Assembly: GCA_030248215.1 (NCBI GenBank)
Contig: JASANG010000727.1
Span: 248,001-312,000, forward strand
Reading direction: 5' to 3'
Source of the DNA: Enoplolaimus lenunculus
Taxonomy: Eukaryota
Length of the DNA stretch: 64,000 bases
A model generated the notes under the pieces. The model made no database searches, was not told the origin of the DNA, and was given only the letters and a program-made list of their open reading frames with translations. The translations under genes were made by a program, and so were the position numbers. This document shows, piece after piece, positions 55,173-64,000 of this stretch. Position 1 is the stretch's first letter, and every line of letters starts with the position of its first letter.

Positions 55173-55653
55173 GGTCGCTAGTTCGAAACCACCCGTTTAG
55201 TAAAAAAGGTCTGAACTCCCGGCTCCTACCTAGATATTAACACGGTATCCAGTCGAGAGATTTTATTGAAAAATTGGGGCATGTAAGCACGTGAGACATG
55301 CTTGTCCTGGTACATGTACATTATATGCAATACACATTGTAGCCAGACGGGGATTCAAGTTATTCTCGAGTAATGAACGTTAAATTTTGGGACGGTCGAT
55401 CGAAGTGTGTTTTCTTTAAAAACTTCTTTCGGTCGTTGGAGTCGGATCCAACGCATATATACGTATGTTCTGTCGCGGTCTTGGCATATTTCTGGATTGG
55501 GCTGGTGTCGGTTTCGTTAACAGTCTCGGCAGGTTTTAATCCATTCTAAGGGTGCATTTTTAGAACGCAGTAGGGGGTTTAGCCGTGGCTAACTGCCGTT
55601 ATGTCTTGTTTGTGTTTCTTCCTAACTGTGTGCTACGTATATGGTACGTACGT

Positions 55654-56013
55654 CAGGGTGGCAGCAAAGGTTCGGATTCGGATTCGGCAAAAATTTGAGG
55701 TTCGGATTCGGTGGGGGAAAGCCGAATCCAACAAAGTTCGGCAATATGTTTTTTCATTTTTAAGCAATAAAATTTTTAAATACCTTGCTATAAAATCAAT
55801 ATTTTTTATTTCAGGTGAGAAATCTCAGAACTGATATCTGGACGAAATATATTAACGTATTAAAAGTTATACGGCTGGCATTACATTGATATTCTGAAAC
55901 AAATTATAGACATATCTGAAATTTGCAACATGCAGAATTCTGTTTCGGATTCGGCAAATTAGCACTGGATTTGGATTCGGATTCGGTCAAATAGTGGTTT
56001 TGGTGCCACCCTG
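55654..56013. mobile_element. hAT-like MITE with GGATTC repeats
   Basis: TIR CAGGGTGGCA / TGCCACCCTG; 8-bp flanks ACGTACGT/GCGTACGT. Confidence 0.75.
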
Positions 56014-56213
56014 GCGTACGTACTATATATGCAGGTGTATTGTTAATAAACAATTTGTTTGTATAGTAATTGTTGCGTATATAATTTACGTACATATATT
56101 TTTAATTATTAAAAAGTTGGTTTTACTTAACCCTGATTGTTAGCAAATAATCTAATTTGTTCAACGTGTAAGGTTGTGTTATACTTTGTCACCCGTAGGG
56201 CGCCGATCGTGAC

Positions 56214-56398
56214 CGTGCGGCGCCCGTCAACGTGTGGCGCCGTCCGTCAACGTGTGGCGCCGTCCGTCAACGTGTGGCGCCGTCCGTCAACGTGTGGCGC
56301 CGTCCGTCAACGTGTGGCGCCGTCCGTCAACGTGTGGCGCCGTCCTTTAACGTGCGGCGCAGTCCGTCAACGTGCGGCGCCGTCCGTCAATGTGCGGT
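56214..56398 (+). repeat. 20-bp CpG-rich minisatellite (CGTGTGGCGCCGTCCGTCAA), about 9 units
   Basis: Direct reading; head-to-tail units with no spacers. Confidence 0.92.
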
Positions 56399-56704
56399 AT
56401 CGTGCGCAAATAACTCACGTACGATAACGTATGGTGACGGACGGTGAGGGATGGCGCCGTACAGATGACGAGCGGTGAGAGACGGCGCCGAACGTCAAGT
56501 ATCGCGCAACACTAAGTTGTACATAACTAATACCGAACTTTGGAGTTTCAAGTTGATGCTTTTATATTCTTCAGTACGATACGTATATATGTTAATTTCA
56601 GAACGCTTATTAGTATATTATATACATACATTAAATTACTATTTGTAATTTACGTACTCTCAAAATTTGCCTTGTAGGACACGTCTTGTCTATCATACCT
56701 TGTA

Positions 56705-59651
56705 ATGCCGGTAAGTTTTATCTTTGTTTGGTTGGTTGTTTGTTTAGAAATGTGTCTAGTGTACCATTTATCGTTTAATATTACTGTTTTCAAAATATGT
56801 GCCAGTAATCTTAAAAATATCGTTTATGGAGGGTATACATAGATTTGTTCAGCCCGATAGCCGATATACCTAATTTTTCAGTTAAACCCACAATCCAACG
56901 CATGGAAATGCTATATACGTATATATTGATTTGCAATTCAGGCTTATCATTCACAGTTTGTTAAAGCGCCGCAAGTCGTTGGCAATGTTGCGCTACTACC
57001 ACTGCGGACTAACTTTAAAGGCCCGGCTCCCCGAGCGCGTGAATGTAAGAGTTTTTGGTGTCTTTGAAAGCGAAGATTGGGTTTATAGACATGTTCGTCC
57101 TGTCTTTATTTGTTTTTGAAATACACCTAAATATTGAATATTGCAGCTTAGTGAAATTTTGAAGAATTTCCTACAAATTGCTTAACGTGTTGGTTCACAC
57201 AAATGTGTGTATATTGTACACTTTTTTGGACAAAGTTAAATGTTTACATCTCTTGTTTCAATTAATAGATAAATCCGCTGACAATACCTCACCTATATAC
57301 CTATAGGCGCCTGTTTTAATACATAAACAACGAAGCGTTTACAGGTTCTATTTGAAATATATGCTGCGGGCCAATCGTAATGTTGAATGTTATATTCTTT
57401 ATTCAAACAAATAATTGTTTTTGTATGCCTGCTTATTATATAAATTATTTACTTGCGTTAAAGCCGATGAAGACATCATCGATGAAGCATTATATTTTTT
57501 CAAGGCCAACATATTTTTTCGCAATTACGAAATCAAAGTAAGTAATTTCAATTCAAACCACAAACATCTGTGTATATCATGGTTCATTTGACTAATTAAA
57601 TATGTCGGAGAAAGCTAAATTGTAGTGTAGGTCAGCTTTCTTTATTTTGTTTTTTTCGTATACGCTGTTTGATATAGCTTCAAACTTTCTTATGACAGAG
57701 TTAAAAAATTTTTGTAGGGCAAAAGTACTTATATTGAGCGTTTGCGCAGGTTTTGTCGCAATAAAACACTGCGTTGTGCTTTCAGAGTCCAGCTGATCGA
57801 ACACTGATATACATTACAATGTATATTACTGAATGCTTAAGGAAGTTACAAAAGGTGCGTAAAGTGTTGATAGACAATATCTTTCATTTTTAACAGATGA
57901 AGCATAAACTGTAGTTTGCGGTAGTTCTAAAAACAAACTAATTTTAATTACGTAAATGTTTTGGCAGGTTTGGTTTGCAAATTTTTGTAGGTTTTAGACA
58001 TGTTGTATGCTATTTTTAAAGCACGTCGAAGATTAAGTCCTATTCACACGTGCAAGTTTATGATGCAAGAACTTGCAGCTGCAAAATTCACGCAGACGTT
58101 TTTCTCATCAGCCAATGCGAAACGGCTGCAATAAATTCAGTGAACTTGCATGGTTATTCAAACTTGTGAACTAAATTTCTAGCTATGATTTTTTGAATTT
58201 TTTGCAGCTCCAAATTGTTTAAACGTGGTTTTAGACAAAACATGCAAGTGCAAGTTGCAGTTGCAAATTCTCGCAGAAAAACCTTGCACGTGTGAATAGG
58301 GCTTTAGAACGTGCAAATTAAGTTGTGAAGAAACATGTCGACGTTTTCATGTCGTTTCTGCGGCAAACGTTGATTTCATATTCTCCTCATTGTTGCAGTG
58401 CCCCAACAAAACCGCTGCTCAAAAAGATTTGACGACACTGGCACTCAGTCAAGCATTCCCGATTCCTGGTGAAAGTGGCTTTCCATTGAATGCTTTATAC
58501 AAAGCGGCCACCAACGGCACTGACGAAGGTTTGTATTGTAGTTGATAGATGCAAAGATTACATTTCGATATACTGACTTGTTTTCATTTTCAGTTCCTAT
58601 TACAATAAATCACATTTTTAAATATCTGAAAATAGTTTTTGTAGAGATCATTGTTGGAAAACACAACTTCAGGTGTTATGTTTTTAATTTAGCAAAAAGC
58701 AAACTAGTTTTCAATATCAATACGCTTTAGGTCTCAATCAGTGATTTTGTCTATTTAGATACGATGCGAAGTTATTTTCAACAACTTCGGCAAGAAACTA
58801 GTGCGCGACTAATAGAAAAAGTTTTTGCATTTGGCTCCGAGCGTCCCTTAAAGGTACGTGCGTTTTGTGTTAAAAAAATTTCATCACCTAATTATATAAG
58901 CCAACATATCACACTTTTCGATGCACATTATATACTGGGATTTAAACGCAAGCACGAAAATCATAGCGATTAAAACAAGTCATGATTCCGAAATGCCCAG
59001 CACTCGAACAAATTTTGGATTTCGTTAGACAACTTTGAAACTAACTTCGCCAGGCTCGTATCCAATTCAACTCGATAGGTGATGACTGACATAACAAACT
59101 CGCAAGTGTGATTCCAAAACTTTACTTGGCGGCTGAGCAACTTCCTTGCCACCTCTGGTTATGGGCCCGGGCGTCGGTCTGGATTTAATCAGAGCTACAG
59201 CAAATCAATAATGAATCCACAGGAACTCGAGGTAATTGTAGCGACACACGTTATGCATGTAGGACTGAGCGCTGGCCCGTAGCCGGAAAACACAGCGCCC
59301 CAACTACATTTTGGACCTGTAGAAAAGGTTAATCTCGTTTGTAAGTCATCTTAAATCATTGGAAACAATTCATAAATATTTATAATCCTCCTGGCATGTA
59401 CGGCTGGTTGGGTACGGCCCTACAATACTATCATCAAATCATTATCGATTTGCTCTTAATACTTTTGTTATTTTCTTAGACTATGATACTACTACTGTAC
59501 CGTGTCATGATATTTATACTGTTTTAAAGTGATCTATTTTTCACGTATTTTCGGTGTATATTTATCGATTTTCACGTTTTAGTGGTGGACTTGTTTTGCT
59601 AAAAAACGATTTATGGAGAAATGTTTATTGCCGCCTGGTGCGAATATTTAA
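56705..59651 (+). CDS. ARPC3: Arp2/3 complex subunit 3 (p21-Arc; nematode arx-5), 181 aa
   Basis: Exons 56705-56710 (ATG CCG), 56942-57044, 57464-57537, 57786-57854, 58399-58528, 58759-58853, 59583-59651; GT-AG and in phase. Protein reads MPAYHS...[14 protein letters not shown]...[22 protein letters not shown]...ADRTLIY...[13 protein letters not shown]...[12 protein letters not shown]. Confidence 0.96.
58036..58303. mobile_element. PIF/Harbinger-like MITE in ARPC3 intron 4
   Basis: TIR AG(T/C)CCTATTCACACGTGCAAG; TTA on both flanks. Confidence 0.8.
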
Positions 59652-61849
59652 GCTGTGATTATTTCATTGTTATTTTTATCAAATGTCATAAACACTGTAT
59701 GTGTTTCTACGTTTTGTTGGCGACTGTTCAGCGTTGTTAATTTTTCCACAAAAAACTTCCCGATATCGATACTGATACCTTGCTTTTATTCGATGATATA
59801 TCGATTCACCAGTAGTCTAATGTAATAAACTAATGAAGATAATGAAATTTAATTATTCTTATATTATATTTCCGACACTTGGACAGATATTAATGTGTTT
59901 CAATGGGACTGCTTTGATTGTAAGAAAATGGATTAGATGAGATCGCCTTCTTTGCAGCGAAGACTTTAAGCAGGTTTGTGGCTGAATGTCTAGCGCTGTG
60001 CTATCTAAATGGTGAACACTAGTTTCAACACAGTGTAAATATCAGGCAAGTTCAATAAATTATTGGTTATTTAAGCCTTTTGCGATTTCGTAACATGCAC
60101 ATATTGTGTGCTGCTTCTGTATTATGATTAGTGGTTATCAACAACTTAGTCAAATCAGTTTATGATCCTATAATAGTTCCTTGTTTTTGGTCACTGTCGT
60201 TGTGATGCCAGTCAGGGTCGCACGGAACCTACTCGATTTCGCCGATTCCGAACCCATTAAATTTTATTTGTATTCGAATCCGGACTGTAATTTTGAAAAA
60301 ATGTCTGTTTATGCATATATGTATTCTAAAAATTAAAAAGATTTGCAACCATTTTGATGTATCGACTAAGCAAGTCGTATCTGACGCATGCAATGAAAAT
60401 AATTAGAAACATGGAAAGGTTAAAAAGATGAATCCCGGAGTCATTGAAACGCCGATTGAGGTCCATAAACGCAAGTGATTAAATTTTTCGAAAAACGGTT
60501 CAGTCTTTTCCAACACAATTTTAAAAGCGCAAACAGGTGTTTCTGAACCTTGTTTGATTCGGCTTTTTCAAAACTAGACCCGATTCCGAGCTTTCAGTAT
60601 TAGCCGAATCTGAAACTTAAACCGAACATTTATTTCACCTCCCTTGTGCCGGCCGAAAATTTGGAACGCTGATTAAGTTAAACGATTTATTTAGAACACC
60701 GAATTGTTAAACTATTAAACGCTTTTGAGTACGAATGGAGATTTTGATTTCTAATTAAAATTGATTGTTAAGGCTTTACGTGCTTTATTAAAAAAACATA
60801 TGTTAGCTATAATTATGAATCAATTCCTCATTAAACAGTGCGCGACCGAATATCCTGTTCCAGCTTAATATCCGGCCAAAACCGATTTCGTGCCCGGTAT
60901 TGAGCTACCGGGTATCGGATATTTACGGTTGTGGTCCGGAATACAATAAACTGCTTTTGACAAGTGGGCATATTTAACATCCTGCTGCGGTTACATTACC
61001 GGGCAAGTAAAGCTGTTTAGATTTTCGCTAATAGAAATAGAATAAAATCGAAGTTAACGAATAAATTCAGTTCAGTATACAGATACTAGTTTTGCGGGAC
61101 TAAATTACTTTCAACAGTGCTCATATTTACATTCATATCCGGTTAATTTCCGGTCGCACTCTGTCATTAAACACTTTGCTATGTATGGACATATGTATTT
61201 ATCTTGTGTCTTCCATTGATTGCTGAGGTTGTTTTTGTTGTATTTATCTTGATCTTATTCTCTTTCAAGAAATCTTTAACTATAAAGCATAACCATTTTT
61301 GCAGCACTACAGAAGAAACTTAAGCTTTTGACTAATTTTTTGATTAGGCTTAGTTATAGGTTTATCGTTACACTGAAGCTTTGGCTTAGGAATTTGCTTA
61401 TCACTAATATTGTGCCCCTCAATGTGTGGCGTCGGCCAAACATGTTATCGCCTTTAAATTTTCATCCGTTTCGAAATCGATTTAAATAACAAAAGTGTAA
61501 AGCTTGGCACACGGTATTTTGAGGGCCATACTGTTCTCCCGCGGGATCCAATACAGTAAGCGTAAGCTTTATTTAGTCCAATTTTCAAGCTTAGGCTTAT
61601 AGTTATAGATATACCTTTTTACGCTGAAGTTTAGGCTAAGAGATATGCTTGTACTACTGTTTCGTCCATCAAATGAACATTAGCGTAATGTAGCAAAATC
61701 GGTTGTTGCAATACGAAACTGATGAACTGTTTTTAGCTGGCATAAGAATCATTGCTTATAACTGGCGTTTCCGCAATTGCAAGTTGACAGTAATTTTGAT
61801 AATATTAGCTGGTACATAAATGTATTAAATGACTTGGTATTATGTAACG

Positions 61850-62024
61850 GGCCAATGTTACTTTTAGGGGCGTAACAGTAGATTAAGCTTATTCCTAAGT
61901 CTAAGCCTAATCATTGCAAAAATTGTGTTCCTAAGCCTAAGCCTAATCAAAAAAGTATTCTAGAATCTAAACCTACTCTTTTATAGACCACCAGAAACCT
62001 GGACGCCCCTTAAGGTAACGGGTC
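61850..62024 (-). mobile_element. TTAGGC-containing MITE, subfamily B
   Basis: Perfect 8-bp TSD ATGTAACG. Confidence 0.85.
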
Positions 62025-62949
62025 ATGTAACGTATCAATAAAACGAAATTTTGTCTAGCTTGTAGTTTGTATCACTACGTTCAGTGCGAAATAGTACATA
62101 TGGATAAGGGCACAACCAGAGGTCGGTCTGCAGTTTCGGATATCCACAATTATAGATTGAATCTGAACGTTGGCTTTGAAAAAATCCTTCATTCAGGTAA
62201 AACGGTTGTATAAAGTGGAAATTTTGGCCTCTTAACACTGGCTTGTCAAATCTAATTTTTGACAGCCAATGGAAACATGAATTTTGCAGTAGAAACCAGA
62301 ATTCATTGAATCATGGATTGAGGTTCGAACTGCAAAACTCATTCAAAAATATTACAATAGGAGTTTCAAGCTCTGCCGTGTTCTGCTATGAATGCGATTC
62401 TGATCTTTTCATTTTTACCAAATCTGATCTTTCATGACCCTCTGCTTTCATGGCTCACAGCCGTTGGAAGAGTAACAGACACAGAGGCACCGGATATCTG
62501 GCTCCTGCAGAAAATCGAACTCCGGATTATATATCCGGCAAAACTTGTTGACCTCCGGTTCCGGTTTTTTAACGTTCGGTTACACCCCGGTAACATATTT
62601 AGCAGGGTGCAACCGGAATTATAAAATACCGGAACCGGAAAGTTAAAAATGCCGGAACCGGAAAATAAAAAAATATTTGTTGCCGAAAAATTTATTTTTA
62701 AGCCTTCTTTTATCGCTTTTAATGCTGTAAACACACCATTTAGAATGCCAAAATCCTGGAACAAATACAGTAGGTGGAAACATATGATAATTTATGGAGT
62801 ATGACACAAATTGAAAATTTTGGCAATGTACCTACGCTCGGACAATTTTAGATAAGTTTAAGCTTAGGTTTAGGAATATGCTTTACTACTGTTTCGGCCC
62901 TGTTGTATACATGGGCCGACAATTGGCTAAAATTAATATATATACATAC

Positions 62950-63317
62950 CAGGGTGCAACCGGTACAAACAATTCTTGTTACCGAAAAATTAATTTTTAA
63001 CGCTATTTTATCGCTTTTAACGGTGTAAACACACCATTTAGAATGCAAAAATCTTGAAACAAATGCAGTAGCTGGAAACGTATGATCAATTATAAAGTAT
63101 GACACAAATTGAAAATTTTGGCAATGCACACGCAGACAATTTTAGAAGAATATGTTACTACAATATGGCAATTTTTCTTCAATTTTGGAATGAGAACAAA
63201 TTTTCAATACCGAACATACCAGAAATTTCCGGTGAAAAATACCGGATTTTTTACCGGAACCGGATAGTGAAAAATACCGGATTTCCCAACCGGAACAGGA
63301 ATTCCGGTTGCACCTTG
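62950..63317. mobile_element. hAT-like MITE (CAGGGTGCAACCGG TIR)
   Basis: Perfect 8-bp TSD ATACATAC; a truncated sibling starts at ~62603. Confidence 0.85.
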
Positions 63318-64000
63318 ATACATACACATTTTATTTTTCTGTCAACACATTTGAGACGTGCGAATATTTAACGGAATTTCTAAAAATGTAAAGAAAAATG
63401 ATGGATGCGCCTAAATTTTTAAGATTTTGGATGAATTCCGTAACTTTTTTATCTCATTTCGAACAGTCGCAGCATATCTGTAATGAAAAATTGCGAGATA
63501 TATACGGGATTTACAGCTAATTTTGAGCATAAAAATAACAGGATTTCCGGTAGTTCTATAACTGAAACGGACATCGATTTTTACCGGATACAGAAACGCA
63601 TATCCGGTTGCGCTTGGCAAATACAAGTCAGGTATTTGTCTTGTGCATTGTCGTTGGCCAAATTGTCTTATTGCGGAACGAGGAATTTATGAGAAGCTCA
63701 AATATGTATGCAAAATAATTTTGAAATCCAATTATTTTTGGATAAACGCCGGCTGTGGGAAAGAACGGAAAAGTCCTTTTAGATATCATTAATACAACAA
63801 AAGGTGTCAGGTCTGTTTTTAACATAAGTTGCTTGTTATATTCTGCTACGGTCTTGGTTTCGTATCGATTACAGTAACGTCGTATGTCAGAATTTCCTGA
63901 ACTCGGTAGGAATTGTACTTTCGAAGGTTGCGGAAAACTTGGTGAGTTTGTGGCAAGTTTAAATAGTTAACTGAATTATATTAGTATCTACATCCAATGT

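Larger units (their letters stand above)
54586..55341 (+). mobile_element. Second TRIM-like copy (LTR, deleted internal region, PPT-like AAAAATTGGGGCA, truncated LTR), interrupted by another solo LTR
   Basis: LTR heads at 54586 and 55282; internal TAACACGGTATCCAGTCGA shared with ~20431. Confidence 0.7.

Noticed and set aside
56214..56398. Regular 20-bp repeats resembling a CRISPR array
   Set aside because: The units are head-to-tail with no unique spacers, in a eukaryotic context, so this is a minisatellite.

Overview
AT-rich, intron-rich eukaryotic DNA, most likely from a nematode. That is an inference from two cuticlin/ZP-domain genes and abundant TTAGGC tracts. Four intact multi-exon genes were reconstructed by hand from splice sites and reading phase: two tandem CUT-1-like cuticlins (+, 6 exons each), RAD50 (-, 28 coding exons, 1311 aa) and ARPC3/arx-5 (+, 7 coding exons, 181 aa). 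Introns and intergenic DNA are packed with nested mobile elements: several MITE families with readable TIRs and target-site duplications (TSDs), a decayed piggyBac, DINE-1/HINE-like Helentron derivatives, a Gypsy integrase relic and small LTR elements. Most notable: (1) the Gypsy integrase relic continues into a PWWP-like chromatin-reader domain; (2) a miniature LTR retroelement (TRIM-like) whose LTRs carry tRNA-like Pol III modules that differ between copies; (3) an apparent non-AG (TTTCAT) splice acceptor in one cuticlin; (4) a MITE family with 8-bp TSDs that spreads telomere-type TTAGGC repeats. All calls are by eye and no database searches were run.
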